Below, one piece after another: positions 8,696 through 19,119 of a stretch of DNA of 64,000 bases. A program made the translations under genes and the position numbers. How positions within the stretch are numbered: the first letter of the stretch is position 1; each line of letters begins with the position of its first letter. The DNA lies in contig CAWEOO010000006.1 in assembly GCA_963810725.1 (NCBI GenBank), positions 481 through 64,480 on the forward strand. Reading direction: 5' to 3'. Origin of the DNA: an uncultured Chloroflexia bacterium. GTDB taxonomy: Bacteria > Chloroflexota > Limnocylindria > Limnocylindrales > CSP1-4. The notes under the pieces were generated by a model. It searched no databases. It was not told the DNA's origin and was given only the letters and a program-made list of their open reading frames with translations.

Positions 8696-8797
8696 CCGGC
8701 GGCTCTGCGGCCCCCCCGTCGAGCACACGTCCAGCCGGCCGGCCGCGCGCCGGACGTGAATGAGACCGAGACCCTGGTCGTAGGAGGTGAACACCGA

Positions 8798-8983
8798 TTG
8801 GCTGAAGTCCGAGTGGGAGAGAACGAGACGTTCGAAAGCGCCCTGCGCCGCTTCAACAAGAAGATCCAGCAGAGCGGCATCCTCGCCGAGGCTCGCCGCC
8901 GCGAGCACTACGAGAAGCCTTCCGTGAAGCGGAAGCGCAAGGAAGCCAAGCGCAAGAAGAACGCCCGAACGCAGGCCGGCTGA
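8798..8983 (+). CDS. rpsU: 30S ribosomal protein S21
   Basis: '[47 protein letters not shown]'. TTG start at 8798 is preceded by AGGAGG at 8782-8787. The tracked ORF 8756 start is probably too far upstream. Confidence 0.9.
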   Translation: MAEVRVGENETFESALRRFNKKIQQSGILAEARRREHYEKPSVKRKRKEAKRKKNARTQAG

Positions 8984-9061
8984 GCGGGGTCACCCGCATC
9001 GACCGGAACCACTGCGGCCCCACGGGCGTTGCTGAACGACCGCCCGAGGTAGCCATCAACG

Positions 9062-9541
9062 GTGTCCCTTCGTGATCGAGTCCAGACTGATATCACCGCT
9101 GCAATGCGCAGCGGTGAGGCGCTGCGCCGCGACGTCCTGCGCATGGCGGCCAATGCCGCCTACAACGTCGAGAAGCGCAATCAGCAGCCGCTGACCGATG
9201 ACGAGTTCCTGGCCGTCCTGACCCGCGAGGTCAAGACGCGCCGTGAATCGGTCGATGCATACACCAAGGCCGGACGGGACGATCTCGCCGCCAAGGAGCA
9301 GGCGGAGATCACGATCCTCGAGGAGTACCTGCCGGCCGCGCTGAGCGAGGAGGAGGTCGGGGCGCTCGTCGAGCAAGCCGTGGCCGAGACCGGCGCCACG
9401 AGCCCGCGCGACATGGGCAAGGTCATGGGCTGGCTCTCCCCGCGCATCCGCGGCCGCGCCGACGGCAAGATCGTGAGCGGTCTCGTCGCCAGCCGCCTGG
9501 CCCAGGCGGACCTCGCCGCACACGATCGGAGTCCGCACTGA
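9062..9541 (+). CDS. yqeY: GatB/YqeY domain-containing protein
   Basis: 159 aa: 'LRDRVQTDITAAMRSGEALRRDVLRM...LTREVKTRRESVDAY...GKVMGWL'. It holds the typical position after rpsU. Confidence 0.85.
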   Translation: MSLRDRVQTDITAAMRSGEALRRDVLRMAANAAYNVEKRNQQPLTDDEFLAVLTREVKTRRESVDAYTKAGRDDLAAKEQAEITILEEYLPAALSEEEVGALVEQAVAETGATSPRDMGKVMGWLSPRIRGRADGKIVSGLVASRLAQADLAAHDRSPH

Positions 9542-9560
9542 ACGCCATGAGCGTCAACCG

Positions 9561-11807
9561 ATGCTGATCCACCGAGCCCCGGTCATCGCGCGCTTCACGC
9601 GCAGCGACGCTACAAGGTTGGGCGTGGCCGCGGGGATCCTCATGCTCGTCATGACCGCGATCCTCGGCGCCGACATCCTGCCCGAGGAGACGCTCCAGTA
9701 CAACGTGGGCGACATCGCCCGGACGAACATCGTGGCGCCGCGCGCGACCGCCTTTGACAGCGAGGTGCGGACCGAGCAGGCGCGCGCCGAAGCTCGCGAC
9801 AGCGTTCCGCCCCAGTACACCTACACGACCGACGCCGCCATCGCGATCGCCGCCGAGCAGGCCATGGCGTTCGAAGCGCGGGTCGACCGGGTCGATACCG
9901 CCTTCGGCGCTGACCTGGCGCCCGACCGGCGCACCTCCCTGCTGGAGGTGGCGATCCCCGACTTGTCCGAGGAAGCCCGCGCCGCGCTCGTCGGACTGGA
10001 CCCCGCCCGCTGGGCCGAAGTCCGGACGCAGGCCGGCCAGGTCCTGCAGCGGACATTGCTGCTGGAACTGCGCGAAACCGATGTTCCGCAGACGCGGACC
10101 CAGCTGGCCGGGAGGATGGCCGGCGGCCTCGACGCCATCGAGCGGATGCTCGCCGCGGAGCTGATCTCTCCTCTCATCGTGCCGAACTCGTCGTTCGACC
10201 AGGCGCTCACGGACAGTGCCGGGGACGCGGCCGCGGCGGCCGTCGACCCGGTCGGCGTGGACGTCGCCCAGGGCGAGATCATCGTCCCGACCGGCAAGCG
10301 GCTGGACGCTGCCGACATCGAGACGATCGAGGAGCTCCGCATCGGCGAGAACGCGCCAGACGTCGCGAGCTTCGCCGGCTGGCTCCTGCTATCGGTCCTG
10401 GTCGTGGCGATGTTGCTGGCCTGGATCTGGCGCTTCCGCCCGACGCTCTGGCACCGCAACAACGTCATCGTCCTCATCGGACTGCTCCTCGCGGGAACCA
10501 CGCTCGCGCTCAAGGTCACGGCCGGGCGCGCCATCCTCGGCTATTTCCTGCCGATCGCGGCGATCGGGATGCTGCTGGCGATCCTGCTCGATGCGTCGGT
10601 GGCCACGATCGTCGTGGCCGTCATCGCGATCATCGGCGGCGCCCTGAACGACAACTCCCTGGAGTTCGCGGCCTACACCTTCCTGAGTGGGATGGCCGGC
10701 ATCATCGCCGTCCGCAAGGGCGATCGGCTGCAGGTGTTCGTCCAGGCCGCGATCGCGATCTTCGTCGTGAACATCGTCGTCGTGTCGATCTTCTCGCTGC
10801 TCGGCGCGCGCGACATCCAGGGCGTGCTGGAGCTGTGGTTCGCCTCGGCGGCGGCGGCCATCGGATCCTCGGTCGCGGCGGTCGGCACGTTCGCGGTGCT
10901 CGGATCGGTGTTCGGGATCCTGACCGTCTTCCAGCTGCTCGAGCTGGCGAATCCGTCGCAGCCGCTGCTGCGTCGGCTGCTGGTCGAGACGCCCGGCACG
11001 TACCACCACTCGCTGATGGTCGGAAACCTCGCGGAGCGCGCGGCCGAGGCGATCGGGGCCGACCCGCTCGTGACGCGCGTAGCAGCGTATTACCACGACG
11101 TCGGCAAGCTCTCGAACCCGCTCGCGTTCATCGAGAACCAGGCCGGCGGCGAGAACATCCACGACCAGCTCGAACCCGAGGTCAGCGCCCAGGTGCTCAA
11201 GCAGCACGTGGCCGACGGGATCGACACGGCCTACGCCGCCAAGCTGCCGAAGGCGCTGATCGCGTTCATCCCGCAGCACCACGGGACGGCGATCATGAGC
11301 TACTTCTATGCCCGGGCCAGGGAGCGGGCAGCCGAGCCGTACGGCGGTTTGCTGACCGCCCAGGGCGAGAAGGCCGCCGAGGCCGTCGACGAGCGCCGCT
11401 TCCGACACGCGGGGCCGAAGCCGCAGACCCGCGAGGCCGCGCTGATCATGCTGGCCGACGGCGTGGAAGCGTCCGTCCGTTCGCTCTCGGCCCGCGACGA
11501 GCCGGCGATCCGGGCGATGGTCGGGCGGATCATCGACGAGCGCATCAGCGACGGCCAGTTCGACGAGTGCGACCTGACGCTGCGCGACCTCGAGCGCATC
11601 CGGAACGCGTTCGTGCAGCAGCTGCTGGGCATGTATCACACGCGGATCGCGTACCCGCAGAACACCGTGGTCGAGCTGGAATCGCGTCGCGTCGCCGGGG
11701 CCGCGAGCGGCGGTGGTATCGGTGGTGCGGGCGGAGCGGGCGGTGTCGCGCGAGACGTGTCCGGCGGACCGGGCGCCGCCGGCGGGGGAGACGCGCCCGC
11801 GTCGTGA
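9561..11807 (+). CDS. pgpH: 7TM-receptor/HD-domain phosphohydrolase (PgpH/YqfF family)
   Basis: 748 aa with an N-terminal extracellular region, 7 TM helices and an HD domain 'HHSLMVGNLAERAAE...AAYYHDVGK'. It sits between yqeY and ybeY. Confidence 0.85.
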   Translation: MLIHRAPVIARFTRSDATRLGVAAGILMLVMTAILGADILPEETLQYNVGDIARTNIVAPRATAFDSEVRTEQARAEARDSVPPQYTYTTDAAIAIAAEQAMAFEARVDRVDTAFGADLAPDRRTSLLEVAIPDLSEEARAALVGLDPARWAEVRTQAGQVLQRTLLLELRETDVPQTRTQLAGRMAGGLDAIERMLAAELISPLIVPNSSFDQALTDSAGDAAAAAVDPVGVDVAQGEIIVPTGKRLDAADIETIEELRIGENAPDVASFAGWLLLSVLVVAMLLAWIWRFRPTLWHRNNVIVLIGLLLAGTTLALKVTAGRAILGYFLPIAAIGMLLAILLDASVATIVVAVIAIIGGALNDNSLEFAAYTFLSGMAGIIAVRKGDRLQVFVQAAIAIFVVNIVVVSIFSLLGARDIQGVLELWFASAAAAIGSSVAAVGTFAVLGSVFGILTVFQLLELANPSQPLLRRLLVETPGTYHHSLMVGNLAERAAEAIGADPLVTRVAAYYHDVGKLSNPLAFIENQAGGENIHDQLEPEVSAQVLKQHVADGIDTAYAAKLPKALIAFIPQHHGTAIMSYFYARARERAAEPYGGLLTAQGEKAAEAVDERRFRHAGPKPQTREAALIMLADGVEASVRSLSARDEPAIRAMVGRIIDERISDGQFDECDLTLRDLERIRNAFVQQLLGMYHTRIAYPQNTVVELESRRVAGAASGGGIGGAGGAGGVARDVSGGPGAAGGGDAPAS

Positions 11808-12349
11808 CCCGGCCCATCTATCGACCGCCGTGGCGGATCGACCTCGACGTCCGCGACGGAGTCCGGTCCCCGTTGGATGGCGCGACCCTCGCGCAAGTCG
11901 TCGAGCGAGCGCTCGAGGCGGCTGGAGCACCGGCCCCGGCATCGATCGGCCTGATCCTGGCCGACGATGCGGAGCTCGCCGGGTTGAACGCGACGCACCT
12001 GGGCAAGGCCGGCCCGACTGACGTGCTGTCGTTTCCGCTGGTCGCTCCGGAGGCGTTCCCGGTGCACCCCGGCCGGCGGTCCCCGGCTACCCCGGCGCTC
12101 CCGTTCGCCTTGCCACCCGGCCGGCGGCTGCATCTCGGCGACATCGTCGTATCGGTGGAGCGGGCGGCGGAACAGGCGGAATCCGGCCGGGGCGGCCACA
12201 CCGGCGACGTTCGCTGGTCCGCCGCCGACGAGCTCCGCCTGCTCGTGACCCACGGCACGCTCCATGTCTGCGGCTGGGACCACGCCGAGCCCGAGGAGGA
12301 GGCTGCGATGCGCGCCCTGGAGCGTCGGCTCCTGACGTCGGCGTCGTGA
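11804..12349 (+). CDS. ybeY: rRNA maturation endoribonuclease YbeY
   Basis: GTG at 11804 overlaps the pgpH stop. It carries the zinc motif 'HGTLHVCGWDH' and 'TDVLSFP'. Confidence 0.85.
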   Translation: MTRPIYRPPWRIDLDVRDGVRSPLDGATLAQVVERALEAAGAPAPASIGLILADDAELAGLNATHLGKAGPTDVLSFPLVAPEAFPVHPGRRSPATPALPFALPPGRRLHLGDIVVSVERAAEQAESGRGGHTGDVRWSAADELRLLVTHGTLHVCGWDHAEPEEEAAMRALERRLLTSAS

Positions 12350-12400
12350 TGAGGCGTCGCCCGGGCAACCCATCGCCGAGGACCGGCGTCTCAAGCGACG

Positions 12401-13159
12401 ATGGAACGGATCCTGTGCAGCGGCGTCGTCCTCATGCTCGCCCTCGCCGGTTGCGCTCCGACGTCCTCCCAGGCGGAGACCCCCTCGGCCGAGGCGCTTC
12501 CCGATGGGCTGGCGCTCGCCGAGATGCGCTATTCCTGCGGCGAACCACCCGGCTTCCTGCCCACGATCCTCGACGAGCCGGCGACGGCGGAGACCGAAGA
12601 CCATCCATCCGCCGCCGGGCTCCGTGCAGCCATCGCCCAGGCCGGTCCGGACATCGACATGCTGCCCGAGTCCGGGTACTGGCTGGCAAGCCGCGATGAA
12701 CGGGTGGCCGAGTACATCGCGCGGGAGCCAGCCGGCGCCGATCCGGCCTTCGTCTCCGCCACCCTCGAGAACCAGGGCGGTTTCTGGAAGCTTGTGGGCT
12801 GGGGTCAGTGCCGCCCGCAACTCGTCCTCGAGGGCCTCAGCCTCGCGACGTGGGTGCTCGACCCCGACGCACGCGCGCCGCACCCCGGCACGAAGACATT
12901 CGACGCCCTGGTCATGGAGCGCGAGTGCACCAGTGGCCAGCCCATGGGCGCCCGGTTGCGGCCGCCGTCCGTCACGTACGGGCAGGATTCGGTGTTCGTC
13001 GTCTTCTTCGCGACGCCACAGGTCAATCAGGGCTTCGCCACCTGCCCGATGAACCCGCCGGCGCGGGTCAGGGTGGAGCTCAGCGAGCCCCTGGGCGACC
13101 GCCGCCTCCTCGATGCGGCCCTCTTCCCGCCGGCGGAACCGGTCGCCGAGGACTTCTAG
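12401..13159 (+). CDS. Lipoprotein of unknown function
   Basis: Lipobox 'VVLMLALAGCAPTS'. 252 aa with several Cys and no recognisable domain. Confidence 0.6.
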   Translation: MERILCSGVVLMLALAGCAPTSSQAETPSAEALPDGLALAEMRYSCGEPPGFLPTILDEPATAETEDHPSAAGLRAAIAQAGPDIDMLPESGYWLASRDERVAEYIAREPAGADPAFVSATLENQGGFWKLVGWGQCRPQLVLEGLSLATWVLDPDARAPHPGTKTFDALVMERECTSGQPMGARLRPPSVTYGQDSVFVVFFATPQVNQGFATCPMNPPARVRVELSEPLGDRRLLDAALFPPAEPVAEDF

Positions 13160-13298
13160 GCGCGCGGCGCAGCGTCGGGCGCGTCCGGGCCTGGCCGGGT
13201 ACCATCCTCCCTCGGCCCTCCCGCCGGTTACCCAGGCGACGCCCTGCGTCGCGGCCGGACGGGATTCGGGCCACATCGTGCTGTCCGCGGAGGCATCG

Positions 13299-13994
13299 TT
13301 GAAGGTCGTCATCGGTCTAGGGAACCCGGGTTCGCAATACGCCGGGACCCGCCACAACATCGGCTGGCTGGTCATGGACCGGCTCGCCGAGCGGGCGGGC
13401 TGGGATGGCCGTGGGCGCCAGCGCGACAGCTCGAATGTCGTCGGTGGGCGGTATCGCGGCCTGGACCTGACCCTCGTGAAGCCGCTGACGTACATGAACG
13501 AGTCCGGCCAGGCCGTGCGCAAGGTCCTCGCCCGCGAGCACGCGCCGCTGGGAGACATCCTCATCGTCGCGGACGACTTCGCGCTGCCGTTCGGCAAGCT
13601 GCGGTTCCGCGAGGCCGGTAGTCACGGCGGCCACAACGGCCTGCGCTCGATCATCGACGAGCTCGGTACCGAGAAGTTCAGCCGCCTCCGCGTCGGGATC
13701 GGCGACCCGGTCCGTACCGCCCGCGACCACGTGCTGTCCAAGTTCGCGCCGGACGAGGTCCAGCGGCTCGACGAGCTGCTCGATGCGGCCGCCGATGCCG
13801 TCGAGGGATGGGCCCGCGACGGGACCAGCAAGGCGTCGAACCGGTTCAACACCTTCCAGCTCCGCGAGGCCGACGCCGACCGGCTGGCCGCGCCCGGCGA
13901 GGTCGACGGCCCGCCGGATGAGTCCGGGATCCGCCGCACGAAGACCGGCTGGCGGCGCGTCCTGCAGCGCAAGGACAAGTCGGCCGATGCCTGA
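13299..13994 (+). CDS. pth: Peptidyl-tRNA hydrolase with a ~45 aa C-terminal tail
   Basis: 'LKVVIGLGNPGSQYAGTRHNIGW', 'LTYMNESG' and 'HGGHNGLRS'. TTG at 13299 follows GCGGAGG. Confidence 0.85.
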   Translation: MKVVIGLGNPGSQYAGTRHNIGWLVMDRLAERAGWDGRGRQRDSSNVVGGRYRGLDLTLVKPLTYMNESGQAVRKVLAREHAPLGDILIVADDFALPFGKLRFREAGSHGGHNGLRSIIDELGTEKFSRLRVGIGDPVRTARDHVLSKFAPDEVQRLDELLDAAADAVEGWARDGTSKASNRFNTFQLREADADRLAAPGEVDGPPDESGIRRTKTGWRRVLQRKDKSADA

Positions 13995-16900
13995 ATCGAC
14001 CACGCCGCCCCTGCGCGGCCGCCGCGGGCGGGATCGCCGCATCGCCGAGCAGGTCGCGAAGGACTTCGCGGCCCGCCATCCGCGGCCACGGGACGAGGAT
14101 GTCGTCGAGTTCGACATCGGCGCGGTGGACGCGGAAGTCGAGGATGCCCGGCGGACCGCGACGCCGACCGGGAAGTCGCCCGCGAAGCCCAGGCGGGCCG
14201 GCAGTCGGCCGGGCGGCCCGGCAGCCGCGCCGCGCACCGGCGCCGGCCATCGATTGCCGGACCTCGCCGGATTGCCGCCCCTCCTCGCCGAGACCGGCAC
14301 CTTCGGCGCCCTTCGCGAACGGCTGGGGAGCCCGGCCGACATCGGGCGGGTCGGGCGTCACGCCGGCCTGGTCGCCGTCCCGCACGGCGCCAAGTCGTAC
14401 CTCGCGGCCGCGATCGCCATCGGGGAGCCGCTCGTCTGGGTCGCCCGCGACGCGGAGATCGGCGACCGCGTCGCGGAGGAGCTGGGTGCCTGGCTGGGCG
14501 ACGCGTCGGCCGTCGCGATCCTCGAGCCGCGCACGGCCCTGGCCTATGAGCGGAGCGAGCTCGTGGCCGACGAGACCGCGGCCCGTGTCGCGGCCCTGGC
14601 CGCCTGGCGGGGCGGGCAGGCGCGGGTCCTCGTCGCGAGCGTCCAGGCCCTCCTCCAGCACACGATCGCGCCCGACGACCTGCCCGCCGATCCCCGCGAG
14701 CTGCGCATCGGCGCCCGGCTCCACCAGGACCAGCTGTCTGCGCGACCTGTTCGACCTGGGGTACTCGCCCGTCACGGAGGTCGCCGGGCGTGGCGAGTTC
14801 GCGCGGCGCGGCGGCATCGTGGACGTCTTCCCGCCGTCGATGGAGCTGCCGATCCGGATCGAGTTCTTCGGCGACGAGATCGACTCGCTGCGGGCGTTCG
14901 ATCCGACCGACCAGCGGACGACCGGGGCGGTCGAGCGGATCGTCCTCCTGCCCGCGTCGGAGTTCCTGCTCCCGACCGGGGGCGTGGCGGCGATCCGCGA
15001 GCGCCTCGGCCGGGCAGTCGTCGCGGCTCGGTGAGCGGCTGGGGACGGACCTCGCCCGCTTCGAGGGTTCAGGCGACGACCCGCTCCGGCCCGCGGCCGC
15101 CGGTGCGTCGCGGGCCATGGCGGTCGGTGACGCCGCCGAGGTCTGGGCGGCCCAGCTGGCGCCTGCGACGGCACTCGATCATGTCGACCCCGGAACGCTC
15201 CTCGTCCTCGACGAGCCGGGCGACCTGGCCGAAGCCGCCGAATTCCTGTGGCGCCAGGCCGACGAGCGGCGCGGGGAGCTCGTGGAGGCCGGCGAGCTGC
15301 CGAAGGACTGGCCCTCGACCTACCTGTCGCCGCGCGCCTGGAAGACCCGGCTGGTCGGGTCGCGGACGCTCGAGCTGACCTGGGAATCGGAGCCGCCGAC
15401 CGGCGTGGCGATGGCGTCGGGCGGCCGGAGCTCGGGCGACCCCTTCGGTTGGCGGGAGCCGGTGCTGCCGCTCGGACGGGCGACCCGACTGGACGCGGCG
15501 GTCAGCGGGTGGCGGGAGGACGGCGGCCGCATCGTCCTTGCCTCGGACCAGGCGCCGCGGCTGGCCGAGGTCCTCGAGGAGGCCGGGCACCCGGTCGCGG
15601 TCGTCGAGCGGATCGAGGAGCCGCCGCCGCCCGGGGCGATCGCGCTGGTCGGGCGCAGCCTCAACGGCGGGTTCGTCGGCGGACCGGACGGGCTCGTGTT
15701 CGTGACCGACCGCGAGCTGTTCGGGACGGTCCGCGTCCGGCGGCCGAAGGCGCTCCGGCGGGTCGTGCCCCGCGACATCCTCGAGCGGCTCTCGCCGGGC
15801 GACCTCGTCGTCCACATCGATCACGGCGTCGCGCGCTACGAGCAGATGCTGCGCCGCGGCGGGGCGGGCGAGGAGCGCGACTACCTCGAGCTCTCGTTCG
15901 CGGGCGGCGACCGGATCTTCGTGCCGGTCGAGCAGATCGCGCGGGTCACGCGCTACGCCGGCGGGGAGCGGCCGCAGCTCAGCAAGCTCGGGGGTGCCGA
16001 GTGGCTGCGCGCCAAGCAACGCGTCCGCAAGGCGGTGGCGGATCTCGCCGATGAGCTCCTGGCCCTGTACGCCACGCGAACGGCCGCCGAAGGCCACGCC
16101 TTCAACGACGACACCCCCTGGCAGCAGGAGATGGAGGCGTCGTTCCCGTACGAGGAGACCATCGACCAGCTGCGCGCGTCCGCCGAGATGAAGGCGGACA
16201 TGGAGCGCCAGCAGCCGATGGACCGGCTCGTCGTCGGCGACGTCGGCTACGGCAAGACCGAGGTCGCGCTGCGCGGCGCGTTCAAGGCGACCCAGGACGG
16301 CAAGCAGGTCGCGGTGCTCGTGCCGACGACGGTGCTGGCCGCCCAGCACCACGCCACGTTCAGCCAGCGCTTCGCGGCGTTCCCGCTCGAGGTCCGGATC
16401 CTGTCGCGGTTCGTGTCGGCCAAGGAGCAGGCGGCCACGATCGAGGGTCTCGCCGACGGGACGGTCGACATCGTCATCGGCACGCACCGCCTGCTCAGCA
16501 AGGACGTCCGGTTCAAGGACCTCGGTCTCGTCGTCGTCGACGAGGAGCAGCGCTTCGGGGTGGCCGCCAAGGAGAAGCTCAAGCAGCTCCGCCGCGAGGT
16601 CGACGTGCTCACGCTCTCGGCGACCCCGATCCCGCGGACGCTGAACCTGGCGATGGCCGGGATCCGCGACCTCAGCGTCATCGAGACGCCGCCCGAGGAC
16701 CGGCTGCCCATCCAGACCCGGGTCGCGGAGGCGTCCGCCGGTCTCGTCCGCGACGCGATCCTGCGCGAGCTGGACCGCGGTGGCCAGGTCTTCTACGTCC
16801 ACAACCGGGTCGAGACGATCGAGGCGCAGGCCGAGCAGCTCCGCCGGCTGCTCCCGGACGCGCGCTTCGTCGTCGGGCACGGCCAGATGCCGGAGGGCGC

Positions 16901-17796
16901 CCTCGAGAAGGTGATGATCGCCTTCGCCGACGGGGCGGCCGACGTGCTGGTGTGCACGACGATCATCGAGTCGGGTCTGGACATCCCGAACGCGAACACG
17001 ATCATCATCGATCGCGCGGACACGCTCGGGCTGGCGCAGCTCTACCAGCTTCGCGGGCGGGTGGGCCGGTCGTCGCGACGGGCCTACGCGTACCTGCTGT
17101 ACCGGCGCCGCGAGCGACTGTCGGACGAGGCACGCAAGCGGCTGCAGGCCATCTTCAACGCCTCGGAGCTCGGGGCGGGGTTCCAGATCGCGCTGTCGGA
17201 CCTCGAGATCCGGGGCGCCGGCAACATCCTGGGCGGCGAGCAGTCGGGGCACATGGCCGCGGTCGGGTTCGACCTGTACTCGCGGATGCTGGCCGAGGCG
17301 GTCGAGGGGCAGAAGGCGAGTCGCGAGGGCCGCGCCCCGATCGTCGAGACACCGCAGGCCGTCGTCGACCTGCCGATCGATGCGCACCTGCCGGACGACT
17401 ACGTCCCGGACGAGGCCCAGAAGCTCGAGCTGTATCGGCGCCTCGCGAAGGCGCGCACGCCCGGCGACATCGCCGCGTTCCGGGGGGAGGTCACGGACCG
17501 GTTCGGCCCGTTGCCCACACCGGTCATCCGGCTGGTCGAGGTCGCCGAGCTGCGGCTGGCGGCGGAGGCGGCCGGCATCGGCTCGATCTCGCGCGAGGAG
17601 GGCTGGCTGGTCGTCCGGTTCGGCGCGTCGCTGACCCGGTCCGCGGCGATGCGCCTCCTCGGCGACGGCGGGCTGCCCGGTGTCAAGCCGTCCGACGTCG
17701 ACGTTCGCCAGCAACCAGGTCCGCATCCGGGCGCCGCATGCGGCCAAGGCTTGGCAGCTGACCCAGGCAGTCGTGGCGCGGCTGGCGTGCGCGTAG
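13987..17796 (+). pseudogene. mfd: Transcription-repair coupling factor Mfd with at least 3 frame breaks (~14735, ~15030, ~17700)
   Basis: The protein is spread over the frames of ORFs 13783, 14099 and 14790. Motifs: 'LRDLFDLGYSPVTEV..RGEFARRGGIVDVFP', helicase 'VGDVGYGKTEVALR', 'DEEQRFGV' and 'RGRVGRS'. The C-terminus 'VRIRAPHAAKAWQLTQAVVARLACA*' is in yet another frame. Confidence 0.9.
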
Positions 17797-17827
17797 CGCG
17801 TCCCCGATACTGCGGGCGGAGGTGCCG

Positions 17828-18709
17828 ATGGCGAAGGGCGAGTCCGACGAAGATGGCGGGGCCGGCCGGTCGATCGGCGAGACGGTCCGCGACCACGTCC
17901 GGGCGATCGTGGCGGGTCTGCTGGTCGGCCTGCCCTTGCTGTGGACCCAGGAGATGTGGCGCAACGGCGAGACGATGCATCCGCTCAAGCTGCTCGTCCT
18001 GCTCGGAGCCTCGTTCGGGATCATCGTCGGGTTCAATGCGGTCAGCGGCTTTCGTCGCGAACGTACCTGGACCGAGCTGCTGATCAATTCCCTCCAGGGC
18101 ATGGGCCTCTCCGTCCTGATCGCGGCGGTCGTGCTGTACGTCCTGGGCCGCCTTGAGCCGGAGCTCGGGATCGCAACCGTCGTTGGCCGGGTGGCGCTCC
18201 AGGCGATCCCCGTGGCCTTCGGCACAGCGCTTGCCGCGACGATCCTGAGCGACGCGGAAGACGGCGGCGGCCGGGAGGCCGTCGGGCCGGTCGGCGAACT
18301 CTTCGTCGCGGCCGGCGGTGCCCTGTACTTCGCCCTCAACATCGCCCCGACCGATGAGGTCCGGGTCATCGGGTCAGAGGCCGATACGCCACTCGTACTC
18401 GTCGCGATCGGCGTCAGCCTCGCCATGGGGCTCGCAACGTTGCTGACGATCCACCGCGCGAGGGGCTCGCGGTCGTGGCTCGGGAATGGCCCGCTGAACG
18501 GACCTATCGGCGAGACGATCGCGTCCTACGCGGTCGCGCTGCTTGTCTCGTACGGGCTGCTGTGGTCATTCGACACCGTCCATGGTCTCGGCCTCCGTGC
18601 ATTGGTCGGGCACGTGGTCATGCTCGGCGTGGTGGCGGCGTTCGGGGCGGCGGCCGGCCGCGTCCTGGTCGGCGACGGGTCGACCGACACCGCGCAGGCG
18701 GCCACGTGA
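17828..18709 (+). CDS. Integral membrane protein, TIGR02587/DUF2391-like (recollection, unverified)
   Basis: GGAGG lies 5 nt before ATG 17828. The protein has 6 or more TM helices and the motif 'LLWTQEMWRNGETM'. Confidence 0.6.
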   Translation: MAKGESDEDGGAGRSIGETVRDHVRAIVAGLLVGLPLLWTQEMWRNGETMHPLKLLVLLGASFGIIVGFNAVSGFRRERTWTELLINSLQGMGLSVLIAAVVLYVLGRLEPELGIATVVGRVALQAIPVAFGTALAATILSDAEDGGGREAVGPVGELFVAAGGALYFALNIAPTDEVRVIGSEADTPLVLVAIGVSLAMGLATLLTIHRARGSRSWLGNGPLNGPIGETIASYAVALLVSYGLLWSFDTVHGLGLRALVGHVVMLGVVAAFGAAAGRVLVGDGSTDTAQAAT

Positions 18710-19079
18710 AGCGAAACGGCCTGGAATGGCTGATCCTCGTGGTCAGCCTCGCCGCCATCGTCGGTGTGGTCGGCTTCCTCGTGGTCGAGGCGGTCGCCGA
18801 TGGTGGGCGCCCCGCGTCGGTTGGTGCGACCGCCGATGTGGAGCGCGGATCCCCCGCCGAGAACGGCTGGCTGATCCCGGTCCGCGTCTACAACCGCGGG
18901 GCTCGGCCGCGCTGTCCGTTGCCGTCGAGGTCTCGGCCACGGTCGACGGGGCGGTGGAGGCCAGCGAACTGACGGTCGACGTCCTCGCCGGGGGAAGCGA
19001 AGTCGAACTTCTCGCCGGCTTCAGCGCGGAGCCGGAAGGGCCCGTTGCCGTGCGGATCGTCGGGCTGGAGACACCCTGA
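18706..19079 (+). pseudogene. Small N-terminally anchored protein, TIGR02588-like partner, with a frame break at ~18900
   Basis: GTGA overlap with the upstream gene. 'VKRNGLEWLILVVSLAAIVGVVGFLVVEAV...VRVYNRG' continues in the frame of ORF 18543 as 'AALSVAVEVSATVDG...VAVRIVGLETP'. Confidence 0.5.
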
Positions 19080-19119
19080 CACCTTGACCGCTCACCGCGA
19101 GGGCGTCGAGGCGCCTGGT

